A stretch of DNA of 64,000 bases from Acidimicrobiales bacterium (GCA_039583695.1 JAVKSL010000001.1:10926-74925), one strand, 5' to 3'. Shown: positions 7,587-18,978, numbered from the stretch's first letter. Numbers and translations: made by a program. Notes: a model not told the origin generated them from the letters alone.

Positions 7587-10397
7587 ATGGGTACCCCGGC
7601 GCTCAGCGCAGATCGGACCATGACCCCTCTCCCCCCCCACGAGGTGTTCGTAGGTAGGCAAGCAGAGTTGGAGCAGCTCTGCTGGCAGCTCGCCGCGGTC
7701 CGGATGGGTCGGTCCCGCCTGGTGGTGGTCGAGGGCGAGGCGGGCATCGGCAAGTCGGCCCTGCTCCGGCGGCTTCTCCGCGATGCTCCGGACCTGCGCG
7801 TGATCACCGCCAGCGGTGACGAGGCCGAAGCCTCCCTACCCTACGGCATGATCTCCCAGGTGCTTGGCAGCGCGGACCCGGCTTGCCTCGAGGCGTTTCC
7901 CCTGCTGAGCGACGGCCCACCCCCGACTGCCGACCCCCTGGCTGTGGGTGCAGCGCTGCTCGGCCTGCTTGGTGACATGCAGGATAGCGGACCGGTGGCC
8001 ATGCTGATCGAGGACCTGCAGTGGATCGACAAACCGTCCGCTCAGGCCCTGTTGTTCGCCTTTCGCCGCCTGATCGCCGATCGGGTGCTGGTCCTAATCT
8101 CCGCTCGGCCCCCAGTTCTTCGAGACATCGGCGAATCCTGGAACCGGCTGCTCACCACCGATCCACGCTCGCTGCGCATGCGACTGGGCGGGCTGAGCGC
8201 AGCCGAGGTGGCGGAGATGTCGAGGGCGATAGGAACCGGGCCGCTTTCGAACCGCGGCGCGCACCGTCTCGTCGAGCACACTGGTGGCAACGCCTTGTTC
8301 AGCCTGGCACTCCTGGAGGAGCTGCCGCCCGGTGCCCTCGACGGTCGATGTGAAGACCCGCTGCCTGCCCCGGAGTCCCTGGCTGCGATCATCCTACCCC
8401 GCTTGCTGGCACTTTCCGCCGACGCCCTCAAGCTGGTCAGCGCCGCCGCAATCCTCGGGGTTCGCACCACTCTCGAGGCGGCCGGGGCGGTAGCTGACGT
8501 CGCCGACCCCACGGAAGCGTTGGAGGAGGCGCTCACCGCCCGCATTCTCGCTGAGCCGGAGGGCTCTGACGATGCCATCTCGTTCACCCACCACCTGGTG
8601 CGCCAAGCCGTCCTCGACAACCTGGGCCTCGCCCAGCGCCGCAACCTACACATAGCCGCCTCAGGCGTGGTCGAGCCCAGCGCCGCCCTTGCCCACCGCG
8701 TCGCCGCGGCCAAAGGCCCGGACCCGATCCTGGCTCGTGATCTCCGGGCCGCAGCCGATGCCGCTCATCGGGTGAGAGCGCACAGCAGGGCGGGCGAGCT
8801 GTATCTCCAGGCGGCGCGGGTGAGCGAAGCCGAGGTCGCTCGGGAGGACCTCCTGCTCTCCAGCATCGAGGCCTTCCTGCGAGTGGGAGAGGTGGCGTCC
8901 GCAGAGATCGTGAGGCCCCTCGTCGAGGAGCTCGGGCCCTCGGCGCGCCGCGATGCTGCCCTGGGGCACCTGGCCCTGGTCTCGGCACGCTCCGCGGACG
9001 CCGAGGCCCTGCTGCTGTCGGCCTGGGCCACCCACGAGGAGTGCGGGCAGCCTGGGGCCGGAGCGGACGCCGCCCTCTTGCTCGGGACTCTCTACGTCCT
9101 CAGCCGCTCGGGCCAGGCGCTCACCTGGACCGAGACGGCACTGGCCACACCGAGCCTCGATGAGCAGTGGACCGCGATCGCCTGCTACACAGGGGGCATC
9201 GCCCGCGCGCTGGTCGAGACCCCCTGGGTCGCCTTGGAGACGTTCGCCCAGCTTCCCGAGGCTCCGTGGCTGGTTCCACCGTCCCAGACCGATGCGCTGA
9301 CCGGTCGGGGAATGGTGAAGCTGTGGTGCGAGGACATCGTCGGCGCCGTAGAGGACCTCTCTGTGGCGGCAACACGGGTTCGAGAAGGGAGCCAGGTCCA
9401 TTATCCAGGACAGCCGCTGGCTTTTCTGGCCGAGGCGGAGATCGCGCTGGGGCGCTGGGACGATGCGGCCCTGCACGCCGAGCTGGCCGTGTCGCTGGGC
9501 CACGACGCCGACAGGCGTTGGGACTACCCGTTCACGCACGCCATAGCGGCCAAGGTCCCGGCACTGCGGGGGGACTGGGACCAGGCGCTGGCCCACGTCC
9601 GGGCGTCGGAGGAGGCTGCCGCTCGGTTCGGGGCCAGGACAGCGCTGATATTCGCGGCAGAAGCGCGCTGTACGCTGGGCTTCGCCAGGAATGATCCAGC
9701 CGAGGTGCTCAGGGGGGCAGCCGTTGCCCTGGGGTCGGGCGGCGGGTCGGGGACCGGCGACCGGGAACCGGTGCTACTTGGTCGGGGCTGGAGGCCTCTG
9801 CACATCTGGGCGCTGATCCGCCTGGGGCGCCTCGACGAGGCCGCCTCGACGCTCGCGGACTTCTCAGCCATGGCAATGCGTCAGCAGATCCCCTCCGGAT
9901 CTCTCCGGATTGGGCGCCTGGCCGGGATGTTGGCCGATGCCCGCGGCGACTTCGAGGCTGCCAACCGCGCCTTCGCCGATGCGCGGCAGGCATCGTCGGC
10001 AGTGAACGTGCCGTTCTACCGCGCCCTGATAGACCTCGACTGGGGACGATCACTTCGCAAGAGCGGAAAGCACAAGGCGGCCCTGGACACACTCTTGGTC
10101 GCGCGAGCGGCCCTCGACGAGCTCGGCGCCCGACCGTTTGTTGCGGCCTGCGACGCCGACCTGGAGGCCATGGGGAGGCCGGCACCGGCCAGCTCGGGCC
10201 TGGTTGCTCGCCTCACCCATCAGGAAGCGGCCGTCGCTCGCCTGGTTGCCCAGGGCATGTCAAACCGGGAGGCTGCTGCGGAGCTGTACGTGAGCCCCAA
10301 GACCATCGAGTTCCACCTTGGGAACGCGTATGCCAAGCTGGGGGTCCGCGGCCGGGGCAAGCTCGCAGGGGCACTTCGGGCCGACCCGCCCACCTGA
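7587..10397 (+). CDS. Large ATP-binding LuxR-family regulator (LAL/MalT-like: AAA/P-loop + helical repeats + LuxR HTH)
   Basis: Walker A GEAGIGKSALL near the N-terminus, a long Ala/Leu-rich repeat region, and a C-terminal LTHQEAAVARLVAQGMSNREAAAELYVSPKTIEFHLGNAYAKLGV LuxR-type HTH. Confidence 0.85.
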   Translation: MGTPALSADRTMTPLPPHEVFVGRQAELEQLCWQLAAVRMGRSRLVVVEGEAGIGKSALLRRLLRDAPDLRVITASGDEAEASLPYGMISQVLGSADPACLEAFPLLSDGPPPTADPLAVGAALLGLLGDMQDSGPVAMLIEDLQWIDKPSAQALLFAFRRLIADRVLVLISARPPVLRDIGESWNRLLTTDPRSLRMRLGGLSAAEVAEMSRAIGTGPLSNRGAHRLVEHTGGNALFSLALLEELPPGALDGRCEDPLPAPESLAAIILPRLLALSADALKLVSAAAILGVRTTLEAAGAVADVADPTEALEEALTARILAEPEGSDDAISFTHHLVRQAVLDNLGLAQRRNLHIAASGVVEPSAALAHRVAAAKGPDPILARDLRAAADAAHRVRAHSRAGELYLQAARVSEAEVAREDLLLSSIEAFLRVGEVASAEIVRPLVEELGPSARRDAALGHLALVSARSADAEALLLSAWATHEECGQPGAGADAALLLGTLYVLSRSGQALTWTETALATPSLDEQWTAIACYTGGIARALVETPWVALETFAQLPEAPWLVPPSQTDALTGRGMVKLWCEDIVGAVEDLSVAATRVREGSQVHYPGQPLAFLAEAEIALGRWDDAALHAELAVSLGHDADRRWDYPFTHAIAAKVPALRGDWDQALAHVRASEEAAARFGARTALIFAAEARCTLGFARNDPAEVLRGAAVALGSGGGSGTGDREPVLLGRGWRPLHIWALIRLGRLDEAASTLADFSAMAMRQQIPSGSLRIGRLAGMLADARGDFEAANRAFADARQASSAVNVPFYRALIDLDWGRSLRKSGKHKAALDTLLVARAALDELGARPFVAACDADLEAMGRPAPASSGLVARLTHQEAAVARLVAQGMSNREAAAELYVSPKTIEFHLGNAYAKLGVRGRGKLAGALRADPPT

Positions 10398-10570
10398 GCT
10401 GGATCGACCGATTCACCTGAGCATGTAGGGCGAATGGCCACCGAGGTAGCGCCCCAGGTCTTGGGTCGAATCAAGGTCCTGCTCGCCCAAGCAAACCTTC
10501 CAGGACTAGACCTGATATACTTGCTATCAACTTTATTGTATGTTACCCTGACCGATTTGAGGTGCGCCCC

Positions 10571-13063
<2,493 letters not shown>

Positions 13064-13116
13064 GCGGTTCCTCGGAGGGATACAGCTCGGTTTCGCCAGC
13101 CCGCCGTGCCCACGGG

Positions 13117-13223
13117 CTTAGGGTCCGCTGCGCAACTACTCGCGCGGCCGCTTCACATTCGGCCTTGGTGTTGCTACATGTTCGGCCTCTGGCCGCACAA
13201 GTAGTTGCTGCGCGGTCCCTAAG
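13117..13223. repeat. 107-nt palindromic element, copy 1 (33-nt arms, 41-nt loop) between convergent clpB and ligase
   Basis: The left arm is CTTAGGGTCCGCTGCGCAACTACTCGCGCGGCC (13117-13149). The right arm is GGCCGCACAAGTAGTTGCTGCGCGGTCCCTAAG (13191-13223). 27/33 positions are complementary. The ligase stop codon starts 2 nt after the right arm. Confidence 0.7.
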
Positions 13224-13224
13224 C

Positions 13225-14343
13225 CTAAGCGCCGAACACCTCCGACAGCAGCTCGGGCGTGACCACCTCCAGCTGGTCGTAGCTACAGCTCTCGGCATTG
13301 CGATCGGGACGCCAGCGCCGGAACGTCGTGGCGTGGCGGAAGCGCTGGCCCTGCAAGTGGTCGTAGGCCACCTCGCACACCAGCTCGGGCGCCAGCGGCT
13401 CCCACGACAGGTCCTTGCCGGCGCTCCACCGGCTCTGCCCCCCCGGGCGCCGACCGGCGGGAACGGCATGTCCAGGGGGCTCTGCCGCCGTCGGTGCGTC
13501 GGGCGCTGGTGCGCCGGCCCCGGGCATCTGGGCCCACGGGTGACCCGCCAGCTCGAGAAGCCGGTGGGGGGCCAGCTCGTCCACCAGGGCCCGCCGGCGC
13601 TGATCGGTGAACGAAGCAGTCACCCCCACGTGGTGCAGGGTGCGCCCGGCGTCGTAGAGGCCGAGCAGCAGGGACCCCACCCCGACTCCACCGCGATGCC
13701 ACCGAAATCCCCCCACCACACAGTCCGCCGTCCTCTCGTGCTTCACCTTTACCCACGACCGGACCCCCTCCAGGTAGGCAGCGCCCGCCGCCTTGGCCAC
13801 GACGCCATCCAGGCCGGCACCCTCGAAACGCTCGAACCACTCGACCGCCCGATCCCGATCGGTGGTTGCCGGGGTGAGATGAACCGGTGCAGTGACTCCA
13901 CCGAGCACCTTCTCCAAAGCTGCCCGCCTCTGAGCCAACGGCAATGGCCTCAGGTCGAGGTCGCCCAGGGCCAGCAGGTCAAACGCCACGAACGATGCCG
14001 GTGTCTGCGATGCCAGCCGGGCCACCCTCGACGCCGCCGGATGGATGCGCTGCAGCAGCGAGTCGAAGTCCAGCCCGGCCGGACCGGCGATCACGATCTC
14101 GCCGTCCAGGACGCAGCGCTCGGGCAGGGCGGATAGAAGCGCATCGACCAGCTCGGGGAAGTACCGGGTGAGCGGCCGCTCGTTGCGACTGCCCAGCTCC
14201 AGCTCCGCCCCGTCCCGGAACACCACGCTGCGGAACCCGTCCCACTTGGGCTCATAGATCCAGCTGGTTGGCGGGCCGGTTGGCAGCTCCCTAGCTGCCG
14301 TGGCCAGCATCGGCGCGACCGGGGGCGTCACGGGGAGGTCCAC
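13225..14343 (-). CDS. ligC: ATP-dependent DNA ligase, LigC-like
   Basis: VDLPVTPPVAPMLATA...YEPKWDGFRSVVFRDGAELELGSRNERPLTRYFPELV contains the KxDG adenylation motif, and GLDGVVAK is also present. Start placed at GTG 14343 (VDLPV) by analogy with mycobacterial LigC N-termini; the tracked ORF extends to 14418. Confidence 0.85.
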   Translation of the reverse strand: MDLPVTPPVAPMLATAARELPTGPPTSWIYEPKWDGFRSVVFRDGAELELGSRNERPLTRYFPELVDALLSALPERCVLDGEIVIAGPAGLDFDSLLQRIHPAASRVARLASQTPASFVAFDLLALGDLDLRPLPLAQRRAALEKVLGGVTAPVHLTPATTDRDRAVEWFERFEGAGLDGVVAKAAGAAYLEGVRSWVKVKHERTADCVVGGFRWHRGGVGVGSLLLGLYDAGRTLHHVGVTASFTDQRRRALVDELAPHRLLELAGHPWAQMPGAGAPAPDAPTAAEPPGHAVPAGRRPGGQSRWSAGKDLSWEPLAPELVCEVAYDHLQGQRFRHATTFRRWRPDRNAESCSYDQLEVVTPELLSEVFGA

Positions 14344-14457
14344 GCCCACATCCTGGCACTTCCGGAGGGCGCCTCCCGTATCAGGACCTCCACCTGGCCG
14401 CCGCCGCATAGACAACATTTTGTCGATGGAGGAGCCTCAAGCACCTAGCGTTGCGCC

Positions 14458-14991
14458 GTGAACGACACCGACATCGCCCTGGCCGGAATCGTCCTGCCAG
14501 ACGCCCGCAACGGCCAGCTGGTGGACCTTGGTGCAGGGCCGGCGCTGGGGTTGCTCATCCTCATCCGCCACCGCTACTGACTGCCCTGCCAAGAGCACCT
14601 GGTCGAGGTGCGCGCGCGAACCGAGGAGCTGGACGAGCTGGGAGCGGAGCCGATTGCGGTCGGCTTCAGCCCGGTCGAGCCCCTAGGCGCTCTGGCCGAG
14701 TACCTCAGGTGGCCCTGGCCGTTCCTCTCGGACACCGAGCGGGTCCTGTATCAGCGGCTGGGCCTGCCCCGGGCCAAGCTGCGCGACGTCTGGACACCAG
14801 GGACCAAGGGTGTCTACCGCAGGGCCAAGGCCAGGGGCGAGCCCGTCCATGCTCCCGTCGAGGACCCCCTCCAGCTGGGTGGCGACGCGATCGTCCGTGC
14901 AGGAGTGGTCACCACCCTGTGGAGACCTGCCAGTCCCGACGACCGTCCCCCCGTCGATGATGTGATGTCTGCCCTCCAGGGTCACGCTTAG
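14458..14991 (+). CDS. PRX_like2 / SelL-related thioredoxin-fold protein with an in-frame TGA at the first Cys of the CxxC motif. It is either a candidate selenoprotein (UxxC) or a nonsense-mutated pseudogene.
   Basis: The same frame as tracked ORF 14608..14991 is open from GTG 14458. It reads ...LLILIRHRY-TGA(14578-14580)-LPCQEHLVEVRARTEELDELGAEPIAVGFSP...FLSDTERVLYQRLGL...QLGGDAIV...DDRPPVDDVMSAL. Third-position G/C is 36/40 upstream of the TGA. Confidence 0.55.
14593..14613 (+). promoter_or_regulatory. SECIS-like hairpin 12-14 nt downstream of the in-frame UGA
   Basis: The stem is GCACC / GGUGC (14595-14599 / 14607-14611) with loop UGGUCGA, which contains GGUC. An additional outer G-C pair (14593/14613) is possible. 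Confidence 0.35.
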
Positions 14992-15004
14992 GCTTAGGGC
15001 TGAG

Positions 15005-15022
15005 CGTCAGGCCAGCCTGACG
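15005..15022. terminator. Hairpin between the convergent PRX-like gene and uppP
   Basis: CGTCAGG-CCAG-CCTGACG (7-bp stem, 4-nt loop). No U-tract. Confidence 0.35.
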
Positions 15023-15108
15023 GGCACCGGCGGGCGCAGGCGGGGCAGCGCGGCACTCCCCGGCACGGGCCGCCCAGCGAGCGCCGATCCTCCAGCGGCG
15101 GCACGGAC

Positions 15109-16146
15109 TTAGAGCACCGCGAACCGGATGATCGAGGCCACTCCGAACAGGATCGAGTAGGCGGCAAACGGCCGAAGCGTGCGGGTCTTGAAGTACTTGG
15201 ACAGGAAGATCACCGCCAGCAACGAGGTCACCAATGCCGCCAGGCTCCCGGCGACCACCTGGCCCCGGATCCCGTTGCCCAGCGGCCCGAGCAGGTCGGG
15301 CACCTTGAGCACCCCGGCTGCCAGGATCACCGGCGTGGATAGCAGGAAGGAGAACCGCAGGGCGTTCTCGTTGGTGAGGCCGCGATACAGGCCTCCGACC
15401 ATCGCCACTCCCTCGCGGCTGATGCCCGCCAGCAACGCCAGGGTCTGGGCCAGACCTATGAAGAAGGCGCTGACCACCCCGATGCGTGACAGCTGCCGCT
15501 CGGCTTCCCCGTCGAACGGTACGATCCGCTCGTCGCGAAAGCTCGATGCCGGCAGGACAGGGCCGTACCCCCGGACCCGTCGTTCGGCGGCGGCCTCCCG
15601 CTCGGAGACAGGCGCAGGCCCGGGCACAGGCTCGAGGGCCGGTGCCTGGGCGGCCCGCCGGCGGTAGGCCTCCCCAGCCAGCAGGATGAACCCGTTGATC
15701 GTGAGGAATATCGCTGCCGCGGCGGGCTTGGCGAACAGGACCCGAAACTCGTGCTCCAGCGCGATGCCCAGGAGCCCCACCGGGATGGTGGCGATGACGA
15801 TGAGCCAGGCCAAGCGCTCTGAGTCCGTCTCGATACGCCAGCGGACGATGCTGCGCACGAACCCGATGATCACCCGGATCCACTCCCGGATGTAGAAGCC
15901 GATGAGCACCACGGCCGTAGCCAGGTGCAGCCCCACTATGAACGCCAGGTAAGGACTGGACTTCAGGGACTCCTGGCGTACCAGCGTCGCCCAGGTTCCC
16001 CCGATCCACGACGGGATCAGCACGGTGTGGCCCAGGCTGGAGATCGGGAACAGCTCGGTGAGCCCCTGGATCAAGCCGATCACGATGGCCTGGAAGTAGT
16101 TCATGTGGTACAGCGCGGGAGCTACTGCTGGCAAGGGCACGGGCAT
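15109..16146 (-). CDS. uppP: Undecaprenyl-diphosphate phosphatase (BacA/UppP) with an internal insertion
   Basis: GLTELFPISSLGH and ...LAGISREG... UppP motifs in a polytopic membrane protein. An alternative start is MNYFQAIV at 16104. Confidence 0.85.
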   Translation of the reverse strand: MPVPLPAVAPALYHMNYFQAIVIGLIQGLTELFPISSLGHTVLIPSWIGGTWATLVRQESLKSSPYLAFIVGLHLATAVVLIGFYIREWIRVIIGFVRSIVRWRIETDSERLAWLIVIATIPVGLLGIALEHEFRVLFAKPAAAAIFLTINGFILLAGEAYRRRAAQAPALEPVPGPAPVSEREAAAERRVRGYGPVLPASSFRDERIVPFDGEAERQLSRIGVVSAFFIGLAQTLALLAGISREGVAMVGGLYRGLTNENALRFSFLLSTPVILAAGVLKVPDLLGPLGNGIRGQVVAGSLAALVTSLLAVIFLSKYFKTRTLRPFAAYSILFGVASIIRFAVL

Positions 16147-16195
16147 CTCGTCTCTTTTTTAGTAGGCCGGACCGCCGGGGTAGCTGAAAAGGTTC

Positions 16196-17827
16196 TCAGC
16201 TCGGGGGAATACTCTGGCCAAAACGAAAGACGTCGTCGGGATCGTAGGCCGCCTTCACCCGCCTCAACCTGGCGTAGTTGGCCCCGTAATACGCCTCCTG
16301 CCAGTCCACCAGGGTTGGGTCCATGTAGTTCTGATACGCCTGGAGGCTAACATACGGCTGCATTTTGGTCCAAGCGTGGGACAGCCAGGACCGGTTGGCC
16401 GCCACCACCCCGGCCGTCGCCCCGGTGTCCCATCCCACGTTGTATTCCATGAGGAACTCAGTGTCGCGGTGCACGAAGGCGGTGGCATCGGCCGGGACTG
16501 CGTTGATCGCGCCCCCGGTCGTGGAGACCACGATGCCGCCCGAGCCGGGCACCGAGAGGCCCTGCCGGTCGTCCAGGAGGCCAACCGCCGCCCTCACCCC
16601 GGCATCGGACAGCACCGAGGTCAAGAAGCTCGACTTGGTGGCGAAGGCAGACCTGCTCAGCACCCCGGCCGGGTTCTCGCTCGGCAGGTGACACCCTGCC
16701 ACGCCGTCGCCCTCACAGCCCGCCTCGATCATCATCGCCCGCATGAACGGCTCCGGGCCCACGAAGCTGTAGGTCGGAGCGGTCCCCACGGCCCGCAGCA
16801 GCGGGTCCAGGGCCCCGGAGAGCGCTGTGACGCTCCCCACCCACACACCGGTGACTTTCAAGCCGGGCGCCGACTGCCCAGGCGCCCCCATCTGGCAGTT
16901 GGCCCAGATGGCCTGCGGGGCGGCCCGCGCCCACGCCAACCACGCCCCCACCACATCGACAGCAGCCGCCCAAGGCCACTCCAGCGTGAACAGGGCCAGC
17001 TCGTCAACGGGGTGCACCAGGAAGCGAAAGGCGGTGGCGACCCCGAAGCTGCCCCCGCCTCCCCCCTGGCTGGCCCAGTACAGATCGGGGTCGGAGCCCT
17101 GGTCACAGGTGAGCAGCCGGCTGTCGGCGGTCACGATGTCGGCCGAGCTGAGCGCGTCGCAAGTCAGCCCGTGGGTGCGGTCGACAACCCCCATCCCGCC
17201 CCCGAGCGTGAGGCCGGCAATGCCCACGGTCGGGCACGAGCCGCCCGCCAGCGCCACGCCCTGGGCAGATAGGGAGGAATAGAGATCGATGAGCCGCGCA
17301 CCCGCGCCCACTTGCGCCGTCGAACCCCCCTCCCCGACCCCCACCGTGCTCATTGTGCTCACGTCGACCACCAGGCCCCGCCCGGTGGAGTACCCGGCGA
17401 AGCTGTGCCCACCCGAGCGGGTCGCAAGCTGAACGCCGTGGGCTCGGGCGAACTCGATCGAGCGCTGCACGTCAGACGCTGAGGCACAATAGGCGACCGC
17501 GGCGGGGTGAACCGAGTCGAAGATCGGGTTGAACAGCTGCGTAGCGCCTGGATAGGCGGATTGTCCAGGCAGGACGAGCCTCCCGGTGAGGGACTTGGCC
17601 AGCGCGGCCCAGCCAGGCGGGCCGGTGTCGACAGTCGTCTCGGTGACCGTAGGGACAGTCGCGGGGGTCGTCGGGCCGGTGATCTTCGGGCTTGATCCAC
17701 CAGCGGGTGGTCTCGGATGGGTCGCCCCGCACCCCGCCAGCTCGCCCATGGCCGTGCCCCCGAGCGAAAACACGGCCAGCCCGGCAGCAACCCGACCCGC
17801 CGAGCGCAGGAACTCCCGCCGGTCCAT
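16196..17827 (-). CDS. Tat-exported FAD-linked oxidase with C-terminal BBE (berberine-bridge) domain
   Basis: MDRREFLRSAGRVAAGLAV twin-arginine signal, an FAD_binding_4-type core, and C-terminal YQNYMDP...YGANYARLRRVKAAYDPDDVFRFGQSI. Confidence 0.85.
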   Translation of the reverse strand: MDRREFLRSAGRVAAGLAVFSLGGTAMGELAGCGATHPRPPAGGSSPKITGPTTPATVPTVTETTVDTGPPGWAALAKSLTGRLVLPGQSAYPGATQLFNPIFDSVHPAAVAYCASASDVQRSIEFARAHGVQLATRSGGHSFAGYSTGRGLVVDVSTMSTVGVGEGGSTAQVGAGARLIDLYSSLSAQGVALAGGSCPTVGIAGLTLGGGMGVVDRTHGLTCDALSSADIVTADSRLLTCDQGSDPDLYWASQGGGGGSFGVATAFRFLVHPVDELALFTLEWPWAAAVDVVGAWLAWARAAPQAIWANCQMGAPGQSAPGLKVTGVWVGSVTALSGALDPLLRAVGTAPTYSFVGPEPFMRAMMIEAGCEGDGVAGCHLPSENPAGVLSRSAFATKSSFLTSVLSDAGVRAAVGLLDDRQGLSVPGSGGIVVSTTGGAINAVPADATAFVHRDTEFLMEYNVGWDTGATAGVVAANRSWLSHAWTKMQPYVSLQAYQNYMDPTLVDWQEAYYGANYARLRRVKAAYDPDDVFRFGQSIPPS

Positions 17828-18001
17828 CGCGGCTTGACCGAGTCCGTCGTCGAGCACCACCGGCTCACCGTAGCGCTCCCAGCCAATGCGCAGTGGCCGG
17901 GGCCTGGGCTAAGCTCGCCAGGGCGAGCATAAAAGCGGGTGTTGCAGGGAACCAGAAGGGGGGCTCACGGGTCCAGTGAGCATGAGCATTCAGACCGGGC
18001 G

Positions 18002-18970
18002 ATGAGCAAGCCCAAGTGGCTGGGCCGTCGGCAGGGCCGTGGTGGCCCGTACGGCCTGGGTGGCCTCGGAGGCTACAGCGGGCCCAGCGGCCCGAGCGGG
18101 CCCAGCGGCCCTGGATGGCCCACCGGACCTGGTGATCCCGTCATCAGCCGGCGCACCGTGTTGATGCTCGTGGGAGGCGTCGTATCGGTTGCTGCGCTTG
18201 GCGGCGGCGCCACCGAGCTGATCCTCAACAGCGGTTCCAAAGGCACGACCCAGCAACTCACGACCGATGCGAGCGACTCCGCCGCGCTGCGGGCCTTGCA
18301 GGCAAAAACCGCTCCGCGAGCGGTGTCCCCGTCTCACTCCCCCACCACCACCCAGAGCACCGAGAACCCCGCGCAGCTGGCGACCCAAGTCGACAGTGGT
18401 GTCGTGCCGGCGTCGACCACATTCTTTGGGCCATCGGCTGACCGCCACGTGTACATAACCATCGACGACGGCTGGTTTCCCGACAGACGGGTGATCGACC
18501 TCATCCGCTCCGAGAAGGTGCCGATCACCACTTTCTTGATAACCCAGGCTGCGTCCGAGCACCTCCGCTTCTGGAAGGCGTTCATCGCCGCCGGTGGGCA
18601 GATCCAAAATCACACCTATTCCCACCCGGACCTCACCAGATTGACTCAAGGCGGCGCCGAGAGCCAGTGGGCCCGGACCAACCAGCACTTTGCCAGCTGG
18701 TTCGGAGCCGCCCCGACGATCGGACGGCCCCCCTACGGAGCCATCGACAACAAGGTGGCCGTAGCCGCTCGCGAGGCGGGGCTCGACTCAATGATCATGT
18801 GGAGCTCCCTCGACGACGGCTTGGGAATCAAGACGTGGAACAATGGACCCATCATGCCCGGATCGATAATCCTTCTTCATTGGGATCCGGGCCTTTACGC
18901 CGAATTGCTTCAGGTGCTTCAGTTCGTGGACGACCATCACCTGGTGCCAGCCTTCTTGACCACCGCCTGA
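18002..18970 (+). CDS. Polysaccharide deacetylase (NodB homology domain), secreted or membrane-anchored
   Basis: VYITIDDGWFPD..., HTYSHPDL and RPPYGA NodB motifs. The N-terminus has a GPSGPSGPSGPG repeat followed by a hydrophobic anchor. Confidence 0.8.
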   Translation: MSKPKWLGRRQGRGGPYGLGGLGGYSGPSGPSGPSGPGWPTGPGDPVISRRTVLMLVGGVVSVAALGGGATELILNSGSKGTTQQLTTDASDSAALRALQAKTAPRAVSPSHSPTTTQSTENPAQLATQVDSGVVPASTTFFGPSADRHVYITIDDGWFPDRRVIDLIRSEKVPITTFLITQAASEHLRFWKAFIAAGGQIQNHTYSHPDLTRLTQGGAESQWARTNQHFASWFGAAPTIGRPPYGAIDNKVAVAAREAGLDSMIMWSSLDDGLGIKTWNNGPIMPGSIILLHWDPGLYAELLQVLQFVDDHHLVPAFLTTA

Positions 18971-18978
18971 GCCGCGTG

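Noticed and set aside
10400-10570. HAIR or CIRCE operator upstream of clpB.
   Set aside because: The only candidates are weak partial inverted repeats (CTTGGGTCGAATCAAG, ACTTGCTATCAACTT). None matches CTTGAGT-N7-ACTCAAG or TTAGCACTC-N9-GAGTGCTAA acceptably.
14608-14991. Taking the tracked 127-aa ORF (GTG 14608) at face value as the gene.
   Set aside because: It would begin after the redox motif and first beta-alpha unit of the thioredoxin fold. The upstream 40 in-frame codons have clear coding character and homology. Either read-through (Sec) or a pseudogene explains the data better.
14993-15111. Possible third copy of the CTTAGGG...CTTAG palindromic element between the PRX-like gene and uppP.
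   Set aside because: It starts with CTTAGGG and ends with CTTAG at the uppP stop. However, it is 119 nt rather than 107 nt, and its ends are not complementary. Only short local hairpins are present.
17880-18001. Riboswitch (for example ydaO/c-di-AMP type) upstream of the polysaccharide deacetylase, because of two hairpins (GCTCGC-CAGG-GCGAGC and GCTCAC-N7-GTGAGC).
   Set aside because: I could not match the conserved ydaO core or pseudoknot elements. Two simple hairpins alone are insufficient evidence.
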